NCBI GenBank assembly: GCA_036679645.1
Contig: JAZDCY010000035.1
Location: 1 to 64,000 of the forward strand
Reading direction: 5' to 3'
Origin: Gemmatimonadota bacterium
GTDB taxonomy: Bacteria > Gemmatimonadota > Gemmatimonadetes > Gemmatimonadales > GWC2-71-9
DNA length: 64,000 nucleotides
Positions within the stretch are counted from its first letter, which is position 1, and each line of letters starts with the position of its first letter. Under the pieces are notes generated by a model. That model saw nothing but the letters and a program-made list of their open reading frames with translations. It was not told where the DNA came from and ran no database searches. Shown here in pieces: positions 43,591-53,442 of the stretch. The position numbers and the translations under genes were made by a program.

Positions 43591-45136
43591 CGTGTCCGGG
43601 TCGCGGGGATGCCCTGACGACTCGCAAACCGTTGAGCAGCGCGACCGACACGTCCGCGGTCTGTTGGTCCGCCTGCATTGCCACGTGTTGCAGCACGCCG
43701 CCGCGTCGCTCGGTGACGTAGTGCGGCGGGAGCCGATTCAGCGCGTACACGATAACGTCGTCGCGGCACCGCTCGCATCCGCAGAACTCGTCTATCGTCC
43801 CCACCATGCGGTCGTACTCGCGTAGAGCCAAAGCTCGCACCGCCTGCGCGGGCACACCAGTGAACGTCGACCCCGTCGTTCCGGAAAGTCTGACGTCGAT
43901 GTACCGACCAATCCACTCGCGTGGCCCGTCCACGAGGACGACCTTGTTGGTGCGCGACCGCGCCTGCAGCAGGCCGCCCCGCTTCGCGACCTTCTCCACC
44001 AGCACCTCCATGACGGACCCGACGAGCGCCATGTTCCGCCGCCGTGCTGTCTGGCGCACGACGCGAATGAGTCGCTCGAGCCGGGCCGCCGCAATGTCGT
44101 CGGGCACGGGACTGGGCAACCGCAGTGCACCCGTACCGTCTCGCGGCGAGTAGCGGAAGGTGTACGCGTCGTCGAATCCGACTTCACACACGAGATCTTC
44201 GGTGGCCGTGTAGTCCTCCTCCGACTCCCCCGGGAACCCCACGATGATATCGGTGGTGATGGCAAGGCCCGGAAGGGCCACCCGCAACCGCTCGACGCAA
44301 TCGAGGTACTGGTCGCGGTCGTAGCGGCGCCCCATGCGTTTGAGCAGCCGTGATGACCCGCTCTGTACGGGGAGATGGACGTGCTCGCACACGGCGGGCT
44401 CGTCGGCCATTGCCTCGATGACATTGGGTGTGAAGTCGGTAGGATACGGGCTCGTAAAGCGGAGCCGTCGAATACCCTCGACGCTGCCCACCGCGCGCAG
44501 CAGCGCAGCGAAATCGTGCTCGCCATCGTGATAGCTGTTGACCGTCTGCCCGAGGAGCGTGACTTGGGTAATGCCCCGCCCGGCCACCTGTTCCACTTCC
44601 GCAACGACATCCTGCAGTTTGCGACTGCGTTCGCGACCGCGCGTCATCGGAACGACGCAGAACGAGCACCTATAATCGCATCCGCGTTGCACCGTGACGA
44701 AGGCCCCGACACCTTGGGTATGTTCCTGGGGGATATCCTCGTAATGCTCCCAGGGCTTGAACTCCACGTCGACGGCGCGCGTACCCGCCTGCGCGCCGGC
44801 AATCAATTCCGGTAGCGCGCGATATCCGTCGGGACCGACGACCAGATCCACGTGTGGAGCTCGGTCGAGGAGCACGGGACCGAGCCGTTGCGCCATGCAC
44901 CCGACGACCCCGAGGATCACGCCAGGGCGCTTGTGCCGCTTCAACTCGCCTATCCGGCCCACGACACGCTGTTCCGCGTTCTCGCGAACGGCGCACGTGT
45001 TAACGAGCATCACGTCCGCAGTTGCAGGATCGTCGGTGGGCACAAAGCCATCCTGTCCCAAGACCCCTAAGATGAGATCGGAATCCGCGACGTTCATCTG
45101 ACAGCCGTAGGTCTCGATGTAGACGCGTTTGCTCAT
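43568..45136 (-). CDS. miaB: tRNA ms2i6A37 methylthiotransferase MiaB with a fused C-terminal ComFB-like domain
   Basis: TYGCQMN, NTCAVRENAE, GCDYRCSFC, HLPVQSG, TRAM domain; then FCGCERCRDDVIVYALNRLPPHYV. Confidence 0.92.
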   Translation of the reverse strand: MSKRVYIETYGCQMNVADSDLILGVLGQDGFVPTDDPATADVMLVNTCAVRENAEQRVVGRIGELKRHKRPGVILGVVGCMAQRLGPVLLDRAPHVDLVVGPDGYRALPELIAGAQAGTRAVDVEFKPWEHYEDIPQEHTQGVGAFVTVQRGCDYRCSFCVVPMTRGRERSRKLQDVVAEVEQVAGRGITQVTLLGQTVNSYHDGEHDFAALLRAVGSVEGIRRLRFTSPYPTDFTPNVIEAMADEPAVCEHVHLPVQSGSSRLLKRMGRRYDRDQYLDCVERLRVALPGLAITTDIIVGFPGESEEDYTATEDLVCEVGFDDAYTFRYSPRDGTGALRLPSPVPDDIAAARLERLIRVVRQTARRRNMALVGSVMEVLVEKVAKRGGLLQARSRTNKVVLVDGPREWIGRYIDVRLSGTTGSTFTGVPAQAVRALALREYDRMVGTIDEFCGCERCRDDVIVYALNRLPPHYVTERRGGVLQHVAMQADQQTADVSVALLNGLRVVRASPRPGHDVPEAPL

Positions 45137-46389
45137 GCCGCTGCTACCGGTTCCGCCATGAGGCCATCACCCACCCTGCGCAATCGACCCCGGAATCTGT
45201 CCGGTGGCGGTGACGCTTTGGTGGGAAGGTAGACCGGCAGGTAATCCTCCGTGAGACCTTCGTATCGCCCACCTCGCCGTTCCAGGAGCACGATGTCTGC
45301 CATTCCGCCATCGCGCGCAGCACGATGCGCCGCTGTCTTCTCCGCCACGAGCCGGCGGAGCGCTTCCGCCCGTCGGCGCGCCGTCGGCGGAGGCGCCGGC
45401 GGGCCGAGATGACGGGCCGCGGCCCCAGGGCGTTCTGAGTAGGGGAAGATATGAGCGTAGGTGAAGGGCAGCGTGCGGACGACCGCCTCGGTTTCCCGAT
45501 GATCTCGCTCGGTTTCTCCGGGAAACCCGACGATTACATCGGCGCCCAGACCGAAGGTCGGCAACCTGCTTGCGAGCCACTCGAGCCGCGCGCGGTATGC
45601 GCGCGCGCTGTACCAATGGCGCCCCATGCGCTTGAGCACGCGATCGCTGCCCGACTGGAGGGGCGCGTGAATATGCGGCGCTAGTCGATCCGGCATCTCG
45701 ATCATGAGTGCCGCGAGCTGGTCGTCCACTTCGGTCGCCTCGATGGACGACAACCGAAACCGTACGCCGGGTATCTCGCAGATCAACCGTTCCATGAGCT
45801 GGCCGAGCGTAGAGGCAGTGCCCCGGTCGCGGCCGTATGTACCAATGTGCACGCCCGTGATCACGATCTCACGTGTCGTCGTGGCGAGCTGCCGCGCCTC
45901 CTCCACCAGGTCGGCGACGAGCCGCGACCGGTTGTCACCCCGAGCCAGCGTGGTCGCGCAGAACGTGCAGTGCTCATCGCATCCGTCCTGCACCTTGAGC
46001 CATGCGCGTGTGCCGCGTGTGAATCGCCGCAGCACGCGATCGATTGGCGTGGAGGCAAGATCGAGCGCATCCAGAACCGCCGCGGGGTCGGCCGCTCCGA
46101 CCACCCGCCGCACGCCAGGGAGAGCGGCAATCGTGCCGTCATCCAGCGCCGCAGCGCATCCCATCACGACTGTGCGGATGCCCGGCCGCGCACGGGCGAG
46201 GCGCCGGACGAGCCCGCGCATCTTGGCTTCGCCGGTGTGCGTTACGGTACAGGAGTTGACGACGGCGGCATCGGCCATTCGCGGGTCGTCCACTACCGAC
46301 GCCCCCGCCGACTCCAGCGCCTGCCGGACCGTCTCGGTGTCGTATTGGTTGGCTTTGCAGCCGAAGGTGTGGAGGTAGACCGCCGTCAT
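45133..46389 (-). CDS. mtaB: MtaB-type tRNA methylthiotransferase
   Basis: TFGCKANQYD, NSCTVT, KVQDGCDEHCTFC, HIFPYSERPG. Confidence 0.88.
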   Translation of the reverse strand: MTAVYLHTFGCKANQYDTETVRQALESAGASVVDDPRMADAAVVNSCTVTHTGEAKMRGLVRRLARARPGIRTVVMGCAAALDDGTIAALPGVRRVVGAADPAAVLDALDLASTPIDRVLRRFTRGTRAWLKVQDGCDEHCTFCATTLARGDNRSRLVADLVEEARQLATTTREIVITGVHIGTYGRDRGTASTLGQLMERLICEIPGVRFRLSSIEATEVDDQLAALMIEMPDRLAPHIHAPLQSGSDRVLKRMGRHWYSARAYRARLEWLASRLPTFGLGADVIVGFPGETERDHRETEAVVRTLPFTYAHIFPYSERPGAAARHLGPPAPPPTARRRAEALRRLVAEKTAAHRAARDGGMADIVLLERRGGRYEGLTEDYLPVYLPTKASPPPDRFRGRLRRVGDGLMAEPVAAA

Positions 46390-47528
46390 GGACGGACGGT
46401 CATGCCGACCGAGATCTGCCATACCCGTTCGCGCACGCCGGTACCGTCGCGCAGCACGCGCTGCACGACCACGTCGAGCAACCCGCGACTATTCGCGAAG
46501 GCCACGCCGGTGCCGAACGAAAAATCGAGTTCCCGCGGCCGGCGGGCGTCGGGCGCAAAGGGAAGCTGCGCGTAACGAAACCCGAGCCGCAGTGGGATGC
46601 GCGATGTGCCGGTTGCGGCACCGCCGAGTTCCAGACCGGTCCCAATCTCCCAAGTATTGAACGCGGTCGTGCCTGCCGCGACGACGTCCGCTGCCGCATC
46701 CGACCACGATCGCCATTGCCCCGTTACCGTCAGGCGCAGGGCCGGGAAAGGCGCGAGTTGAATACCCCCCGTGATGGTGGCCGGGAGATCGAATTCCCCA
46801 ACCTGTACCGAGTCCAACGTCACCTCGAGGTCCCCGTCAATGCGCACGGCGCCGCCAATATCCATACCGGGCAGAGCGTTCCACAGGAAACCAACGGCGG
46901 CTCCCACTCCCGAAAAACTCGATCTCCCGTCCTGCCGGAACGACCGGAACGAACTGTCCTCAAACGTCCGCCGGACCTCGAGCTTGGTCGATCCGCTCAG
47001 GAGATGGACGGAAACGCCCACCGACAAGCGATCGGAGGCCGCCCACGCAAGCGCCCCCCGGATGTCCGCGATGCCCCCATCCGACATGATCCGGTCTTCC
47101 ACGCCGACCGCCGTTCCGCGCAAGATCATCGTGTCACTGGCGGTGATATCGAAGGTGCGTTCCGCATAGGTCGCCATACTAATCGCAAACGCCATCCGTC
47201 TCGATAACCGCCCGCCCACCAGGGCCAGAGGGAACCGTGTGCTCCGTAGTCCGTCTGCCGCCACGCCCGCGACTTCATAGGAGCGTAACTCGGTTCCCGA
47301 AATCGCCATCGCCGTGGGGCGCCGGAATCCGATAGGAGCCGCCGGGTTGATGGCCGACGCCGGGTCGAAAAGCGCACTACCCCCGCCAAGTGCCAGCGAG
47401 CGAGCGCTCAGCGGCCGGCCGGGAAACCCGATCCCGTGCACGGCGTACACAGACACCTGTGACCGGAGCTGGGTCGGGACCGCCAACGCGACTAGCAGCA
47501 GGGACACGATACTCGCGGATCGCATCAT
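46386..47528 (-). CDS. Outer-membrane beta-barrel protein (FadL/PorV-like)
   Basis: Signal peptide; ARSLALGG..INPAA motif; alternating beta-strands. Confidence 0.6.
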   Translation of the reverse strand: MMRSASIVSLLLVALAVPTQLRSQVSVYAVHGIGFPGRPLSARSLALGGGSALFDPASAINPAAPIGFRRPTAMAISGTELRSYEVAGVAADGLRSTRFPLALVGGRLSRRMAFAISMATYAERTFDITASDTMILRGTAVGVEDRIMSDGGIADIRGALAWAASDRLSVGVSVHLLSGSTKLEVRRTFEDSSFRSFRQDGRSSFSGVGAAVGFLWNALPGMDIGGAVRIDGDLEVTLDSVQVGEFDLPATITGGIQLAPFPALRLTVTGQWRSWSDAAADVVAAGTTAFNTWEIGTGLELGGAATGTSRIPLRLGFRYAQLPFAPDARRPRELDFSFGTGVAFANSRGLLDVVVQRVLRDGTGVRERVWQISVGMTVRP

Positions 47529-48754
47529 CGGAAGAAGTCCACTGGAGGAACGAACGTTATGTGGAGTACGGGTCGTGTGGCAGCGTTTGCGGTCGATCCA
47601 AAACGCGCCTCCACGAACGAGGCCCCTTCCGGGACGGCTCGGAGAACGACGACCCGTGGTCGCTCGGGATCGAGCTGGAAATCGGTCAGGAGATCGGTGA
47701 TGTCGATGCGCACCGTGTCCGTCGCACCCGCTGTCACCAAGGTTGACCGAAACGGGATCGAGTCCGCCCGCACCGTGACGAGCGGCGACTTCGCCCCGAC
47801 ATCGGCCGAGACGCGCTGAACGAGGATACGCGCAGAGTCCGTCGGAGCGCCGAGGACGGCTTCGGTGAGTACCAGGACCAGTGTCGCGCGCACGATCTTG
47901 GCCGAGTCGAGGATCGACGATGGGATATCGAGCCGCAGCACTGCGCGCGCGGCAGGTACGCCACCGACGCGCAAGACATCGGCGGCCGGCAGTGGCAGGG
48001 GCGCCGCCACGAAGGTATCGAAGTCAGGCTGTCGCGCGTCGGAAACCTCGACCTCCCCCGCACCCGAATCGACGCGCGCGAACCTGGTGAGGATCGCCGC
48101 ATTGCCGACTTCGATTGCCCCTAGCGTCAGGAATGCGGGTTCTGGGCTCCGCAGCACGACACCAATGGAAGCGCGGCGCCCGTCGCTATCGAACGTAGGG
48201 AACGCGCTATCGGGAAGGACCGTACTGATGGTGTCCGCGGTAAGGCTGTCCGGGATCGGTAGCACCATGAGCAGTGTGCTGTCCGCAAAAAACGGTTCGA
48301 GCGATGCGAAGCTAGCCGTCGTATCGATATCGGCTGGGAGACGATGGAGGGCCAGCTCCAGACCCGCCACACCTTGGCTCCGGAGCACGACCGGCAGGGT
48401 CACCGCGAACGAATCGATACCCACAACGGCACCCGTTACGGTGTCGGTAGCGGCGACCGGCAAGCGATCGGGAAACGCGATGAAGCGGATGACGCTACGG
48501 CTCTGCGTGACGCCACTCGTTGCACCGGTGTCGTTGACCAACTGCATGCCCGCCGCTTCGGACCCGTTCACGAAGCCAATGAATGTCGAATCACCAACTA
48601 TGCCCTGACCCAAGACCGTATCCACGAGCTGCACCGATGCGGGTGGACAGAAGTCCGGGCAAGCCCCTGGTGCCGTGGTGGCCTCGCGGCATCCCGCGAG
48701 AGCGAGTGCGGTCGCGCCGAGCGATACGGCCCATGCGCGCGAGGCGCGCGTCAT
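47525..48754 (-). CDS. Hypothetical beta-rich lipoprotein
   Basis: LALAGC lipobox; C-terminal [20 protein letters not shown]. Confidence 0.65.
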   Translation of the reverse strand: MTRASRAWAVSLGATALALAGCREATTAPGACPDFCPPASVQLVDTVLGQGIVGDSTFIGFVNGSEAAGMQLVNDTGATSGVTQSRSVIRFIAFPDRLPVAATDTVTGAVVGIDSFAVTLPVVLRSQGVAGLELALHRLPADIDTTASFASLEPFFADSTLLMVLPIPDSLTADTISTVLPDSAFPTFDSDGRRASIGVVLRSPEPAFLTLGAIEVGNAAILTRFARVDSGAGEVEVSDARQPDFDTFVAAPLPLPAADVLRVGGVPAARAVLRLDIPSSILDSAKIVRATLVLVLTEAVLGAPTDSARILVQRVSADVGAKSPLVTVRADSIPFRSTLVTAGATDTVRIDITDLLTDFQLDPERPRVVVLRAVPEGASFVEARFGSTANAATRPVLHITFVPPVDFFR

Positions 48755-49050
48755 GTTAGATCCTCCGGCCCGAATTTGTGCGGGAGGAGCTCGCTGAGGC
48801 TCCACCGCAGGGCACCGGTGGGGCCAACCGCTTCCACCGTGAGACCGGCTCCGAACTCCGCAAGCACCTCGGCACAGTTGCTGAGTCCGTACGACGCATT
48901 CTCGACGTTCGCGCCCACGAACACGCGGCCGTCGTCCGCCTCGAGGGCAGCGCCGACGCGGAATCCGCTGTACGGCGCGTACGCCTCGGCCTGTGCCGCG
49001 CGCGCGGCGGCGAGCAGTCGTTTGTCTGCACCCTTCAGAGGCTCAACCAA
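48751..49050 (-). pseudogene. cdd: Cytidine deaminase with an in-frame deletion of the PCGxCRQ segment
   Basis: [30 protein letters not shown] joined directly to VLAEF; 99 aa from TTG 49050. Confidence 0.75.
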
Positions 49051-50200
49051 GTATCTCTCCCAAGAACGAATCCCCCACAGATGGCTGAATACCAAAGTAA
49101 TCAGCCACCGTCGCGCCGATGTCCGCAAAGCTGGATCGGGTGCCCAGATCCACCGCGCGCACGCCCGGGCCAACCGCTAGAAGCGGGACCGCCTCGCGCG
49201 AATGGTCGGTCGAATCGGTCGTCGGATCGGTGCCGTGATCGGCCGTGAGGAGCATCAGATCGTCGGGCTGGAGTAGGTCGATCAGCCTCGGCAACTCGCG
49301 ATCGAGCTCCTGAAGCCCCTGATAGAACCCCGCAACGTCGTTGCGGTGCCCCCAGCTCTGATCGAATTCGATCACGTTGACGAACAACAGCCCCCGATCC
49401 ATCGAGGTGAGCGCCTCAGCAACGAGCACATACGCGTCGCGGTTCGTGGGCGTGTGCCGGCTCGTAATCGACCGAGCGGCGAAGAGGTCATCGACCTTGC
49501 CCACGCCCACCCGCGGCACGCCCGCTTCTGCCAGCCGGTCCAGCAGCGTCGGACCAGCCGGCGGGAGCGAGAAGTCCCGTCTATGCGCCGTCCGGTGGAA
49601 CGCGCCGGGCTCGCCTCTGTAGGGTCGGGCAATCACCCGTGAGACCCCGTGCTCCCCCTGGAGCATCGCGCGAGCGGATTGGCACGCCGCGTACAGTTCA
49701 TCGAGCGGAATGACCTCTTCGTGCGCGGCGATCTGAAAAACCGAATCCGCCGAAGTGTACACGATCCATGCGCCGCTCCGCATCTGCTCGGCGCCGAACT
49801 GCTCGATGATCGCCGTTCCCGATGCGGGCCGGTTGGCGAGCACGCCGCGTCCGGTCCGCCTAGCGAACGTCTCCACGACATTGGGTGGGAAGCCGTCCGG
49901 ATACACCGGGAACGGCTGCTCGACCAACAGCTCGCAGATCTCCCAATGACCCGTCGTGCTGTCTTTCCCCTTGGACCGGGGCAACGCCACTCCATACGCC
50001 GCCCGGGGATCGGTACAGGCGAGCCCGGGAATGGGCCGGCAGCACCCCAATCCGAGCGCCGCGAGGAACGGTGTCTCGAGCCCGCCGACGGCACGCGCAA
50101 CGTTCCCCAGGGTGTCGCTCCCCCCGTCTCCGTACTCCTCCTGGTCGGGACACGCCCCAATACCGAGTCCGTCCAGGATGATCAAGGCGACCCGCCCCAT
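49043..50200 (-). CDS. deoB: Phosphopentomutase
   Basis: [48 protein letters not shown]. Confidence 0.95.
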   Translation of the reverse strand: MGRVALIILDGLGIGACPDQEEYGDGGSDTLGNVARAVGGLETPFLAALGLGCCRPIPGLACTDPRAAYGVALPRSKGKDSTTGHWEICELLVEQPFPVYPDGFPPNVVETFARRTGRGVLANRPASGTAIIEQFGAEQMRSGAWIVYTSADSVFQIAAHEEVIPLDELYAACQSARAMLQGEHGVSRVIARPYRGEPGAFHRTAHRRDFSLPPAGPTLLDRLAEAGVPRVGVGKVDDLFAARSITSRHTPTNRDAYVLVAEALTSMDRGLLFVNVIEFDQSWGHRNDVAGFYQGLQELDRELPRLIDLLQPDDLMLLTADHGTDPTTDSTDHSREAVPLLAVGPGVRAVDLGTRSSFADIGATVADYFGIQPSVGDSFLGEILG

Positions 50201-51249
50201 TACGTGACGTATCTCCGCACCAATCGCGGACCGAGCCGGGCGATGACCTCGTAGGAGATCGTCCCCGCCCACTCGGCGACATCGTCGATCGTGATCGCCT
50301 CTGGGCCACTTGTCCCGATCACCGTAGCGACGTCACCGACCCGCACTGGCGTATCCACACCGACATCGGCCATGATGAAGTCCATCGTTACCCGCCCGAC
50401 CACTGGGTAGCGTGCGCCGCTCAGCAACACGTGGGCGCGGCCCTGCCCCGCCCGGAGAACGCCATCGGCGTAGCCGATCGCGAGCGTCGCGACCCGCGTC
50501 ACATGCGGAGCGCGCCACTCGGCCCCATAGCTCACCGTGTCGCCCGGCTCGAGCGTGCGGACACTCACTACGGCAGCGCGAACCGACACCACGGGCAGCG
50601 GGTCGGCGAGTCCGTCACCTGCTTTTCCACCGTAGAGGAAGATCCCGGGACGGCAGAGATCGAGACGATCGTGCATGCGCCACGCACCCGCACTGTTGGC
50701 CGCATGCAGGAGACGTGGGCGCGTGGGAAACTGCGCCGCGGCAGTGCGAAACCGTTCCTCTTGCTCCGCGGTCGCGGCGGGATTTGTGTCTGCCGCGTAG
50801 AAGTGCGTGAAGGCCCCCTCCAGATGTGCACCGGCACAGGCGCGCAAGGCATCGGTATCCGACCAGCGTACACCGCACCGGCCCATACCCGTGTCGATCT
50901 CGACGTGATAGGGGAGCGTCCAGCCGCCCGCTACCGTCGGGTCGTCGAGCACCGCCGTGAGGCTGGATTGCCGGTACACGTCGAGCTGATCCGGGACCGG
51001 GGGTGTGAAGACGAGGATCGGTCGGGCAATGCCAGCAGCGCGAAGTTCGAGCCCCTCCGGCACGGTGGCGACGCCATACCCCCACGGATCGACCGCCTCG
51101 AGCGCCCCTACTGCCTCGAGAACTCCCAGCCCATAGGCGTTGGCTTTGACCATGGGGAGCAACGAGATTCCACCCGCCGCCGCTTGCACGGTGCGCGCGT
51201 TTTCGAGGAGGTTGGCGAGGTTGATCTCAACCCACGCGCGCTGGCTCAT
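50200..51249 (-). CDS. alr: Alanine racemase
   Basis: VKANAYGLG, DTGMGR, FTHF, RPGIFLYG, VSYG, GYADG, GRVTMD, GTISYE. Confidence 0.95.
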   Translation of the reverse strand: MSQRAWVEINLANLLENARTVQAAAGGISLLPMVKANAYGLGVLEAVGALEAVDPWGYGVATVPEGLELRAAGIARPILVFTPPVPDQLDVYRQSSLTAVLDDPTVAGGWTLPYHVEIDTGMGRCGVRWSDTDALRACAGAHLEGAFTHFYAADTNPAATAEQEERFRTAAAQFPTRPRLLHAANSAGAWRMHDRLDLCRPGIFLYGGKAGDGLADPLPVVSVRAAVVSVRTLEPGDTVSYGAEWRAPHVTRVATLAIGYADGVLRAGQGRAHVLLSGARYPVVGRVTMDFIMADVGVDTPVRVGDVATVIGTSGPEAITIDDVAEWAGTISYEVIARLGPRLVRRYVT

Positions 51250-51257
51250 GATTCGCG

Positions 51258-51311
51258 TTGACAGGTCCACAACGGGGTCGGTATTGTACCGGCCCAAGGC
51301 CCCAAATGCAA
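51258..51311. promoter_or_regulatory. Overlapping divergent sigma70 promoters for mazG and alr
   Basis: Plus strand TTGACA(51258)-18-TATTGT(51282); minus strand TTGCAT(51311)-17-TACAAT(51288). Confidence 0.7.
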
Positions 51312-52109
51312 GAACCATCAGCGCTTGGACGCATCGTCGAACTGGTACGGGACCTGCGCAGCCGCTGTCCGTGGGACGCCGCGCAGACGCCTGAGACGCT
51401 TCGTCCGTATCTCATCGAAGAGGTCTTCGAGCTGGACCACGCGATCGCCAAGCTCGAGCCGGAGGCAATCAAGACGGAGCTGGGAGATCTTCTGCTGCAC
51501 CTCGCCTTCCAGATCGTCCTGGCCGAAGAGCAAGACAAGTTCGGCGCCGAAGACCTCACGCGCGCGGTGGAGGAAAAGATGTGGCGGCGCCACCCGCACC
51601 TGTTCCCGGAACACGCGCCAGCTCCGTCCGGGGAGGCCCCGGAAAACGACAAGCTTTCGCCTCAAGAAATGTGGGAGCGTCAGAAGCTGGCCGAGCGTAC
51701 GGACGACCGTCCGTCGGTGCTCGACGGGCTCCCGCCCACGATGCCGGCCCTGGTCATGGCGTACCGCCTCCAGGAACGGGCCGCCGGGGTGGGATTCGAC
51801 TGGAAAGACGTGCGGGGCCCACTGGACAAGGTGCGGGAAGAAACCCTCGAGCTGTCCGCCGAACTCACCGATGGCGCGCCGGCCCGGGTGGAGGCGGAAC
51901 TCGGCGACCTCCTCTTTGCCGTCGTTAACCTGGGCCGGAAAGCGGGCTTCGACCCGCGTGCGGCACTCGAGAAAGCCAACGACCGGTTTCGCGACCGTTT
52001 TTGCGCGGTCGAGGCACTGGCAGCCGAGCGCGGCATCGAGGTTGGACGTGCCGACCTCGAGACGTTGGATGCGTTGTGGGATGAAGTGAAGGGACGCGCG
52101 GAGCGCTAG
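51306..52109 (+). CDS. mazG: Nucleoside triphosphate pyrophosphohydrolase MazG
   Basis: CPWDAAQT, IEEVFE, ELGDLL twice, RRHPH, GFDW. Confidence 0.95.
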   Translation: MQEPSALGRIVELVRDLRSRCPWDAAQTPETLRPYLIEEVFELDHAIAKLEPEAIKTELGDLLLHLAFQIVLAEEQDKFGAEDLTRAVEEKMWRRHPHLFPEHAPAPSGEAPENDKLSPQEMWERQKLAERTDDRPSVLDGLPPTMPALVMAYRLQERAAGVGFDWKDVRGPLDKVREETLELSAELTDGAPARVEAELGDLLFAVVNLGRKAGFDPRAALEKANDRFRDRFCAVEALAAERGIEVGRADLETLDALWDEVKGRAER

Positions 52110-53404
52110 GGATACAGCCGAGTCATCATGCGGGGGAAGGCAATGGCCTCGCGGATGTGTGGGATTCCGCAGATCCAGGCGACGGTTCGTTCGACCCCGA
52201 GCCCGAACCCCGAGTGCACAAACGTCCCGTATCGCCGCAGATCGAGATACCACTCATAGGCGTCTTCGGGCAGTTTCTCCTCGCGTATGCGCGCCAGGAG
52301 TTTGTCGTGGTCGTCTTCCCGTTGGCTCCCGCCGATGATCTCGCCGTAGCCTTCGGGGGCCAGACAGTCATTGCACAGCACCGTGCGCGGATCGTCCGGA
52401 TTCTCCTTCATGTAGAAGGCCTTCACGTTTCGCGGGTAATTGTAGACGAGCACCGGCCGGTCGAATTGCTCGGCCAGCAGAGTCTCGTCATCCGCGCCCA
52501 GGTCGTGGCCCCACTCGACGTCGCTGTCGAGCGTCTGGAGCTTGGCCACGGCATCGGTGTAGGAGATGCGGTGGAATGGTGGGGTCACGCGTTCGAGCGG
52601 CGCGGGGTCCCGCTCCAGCACCTCGAGATCCGTCTTGCGACGGTCGAGGCATCTGGCGACGATGTACGAGACGAAGTCTTCTTGGAGCCGCATGTTGTCG
52701 TCCGACGTATGCCAGGCGACCTCCGGCTCGACCATCCAAAACTCGGTGAGATGGCGACGCGTCTTCGATTTTTCCGCACGGAACGTAGGCCCAAAACAGT
52801 AGACCTTGCCCAGCGCAGCGGCGGCGGCCTCGACGTAGAGCTGACCGGTTTGCGCAAGGTAGGCCTTGCCCATATCGAAGTACTCGGTCTCAAACAGCGT
52901 GCCCGCGGTTTCGCCGATGGACCCGGTCAGCAGCGGCGTATCGACCAGCGTGAAATCGCGCTCGTAAAAGAAGTCACGGATCGCCTGCACGACCTCGTGC
53001 CGGACACGCATGATCGCGACCTGTCGTCGGCTGCGGAGCCAGAGGTGCCGGTGCTCGAGCAGGAACGCGGTGCCGTGCTCTTTGGGAGAGATGGGGTACT
53101 CGAGACTTTCTCCAAGGACACTGATGTCGGTGACCGACAATTCCACGCCGCCGGGCGATCGTTCATCGGCCCGCGCCTCGCCGGTGAGCGACACGGCCGT
53201 CTCCTGGGTCAACGACTTGAACAGGTCCCACACGGGTTCTGCCACCTCTTTGCGAAGCAGGACACCTTGCAGGTAACCGGTGCCGTCGCGGACGGTGACA
53301 AACCCGATTTTCCCGCTCGATCGGCTCGTCATCACCCACCCGCGGACCGTGACACGATTGCCCGCACGCTGCGGCAGCTCAGAGATGGACGCTGTATCAG
53401 GCAT
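52106..53404 (-). CDS. asnS: Asparagine-tRNA ligase
   Basis: RHLWLRS, FRAEKSKTRRHLTEFWM, GEIIGGSQRE, GFGLGVER. Confidence 0.96.
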   Translation of the reverse strand: MPDTASISELPQRAGNRVTVRGWVMTSRSSGKIGFVTVRDGTGYLQGVLLRKEVAEPVWDLFKSLTQETAVSLTGEARADERSPGGVELSVTDISVLGESLEYPISPKEHGTAFLLEHRHLWLRSRRQVAIMRVRHEVVQAIRDFFYERDFTLVDTPLLTGSIGETAGTLFETEYFDMGKAYLAQTGQLYVEAAAAALGKVYCFGPTFRAEKSKTRRHLTEFWMVEPEVAWHTSDDNMRLQEDFVSYIVARCLDRRKTDLEVLERDPAPLERVTPPFHRISYTDAVAKLQTLDSDVEWGHDLGADDETLLAEQFDRPVLVYNYPRNVKAFYMKENPDDPRTVLCNDCLAPEGYGEIIGGSQREDDHDKLLARIREEKLPEDAYEWYLDLRRYGTFVHSGFGLGVERTVAWICGIPHIREAIAFPRMMTRLYP

Positions 53405-53413
53405 GCGGCGGGT

Positions 53414-53442
53414 ATGCTAGCCATAGCCTTGGGGGGTGTCAA
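53414..53442 (-). promoter_or_regulatory. sigma70 promoter of asnS
   Basis: TTGACA(53442-53437)-17-TAGCAT(53419-53414), 9 nt upstream of the asnS ATG. Confidence 0.75.

Noticed and set aside
52157..53413. N-terminal half of the 784-aa plus-strand ORF
   Set aside because: Antisense shadow of asnS; only the part from ~53414 looks like a real protein
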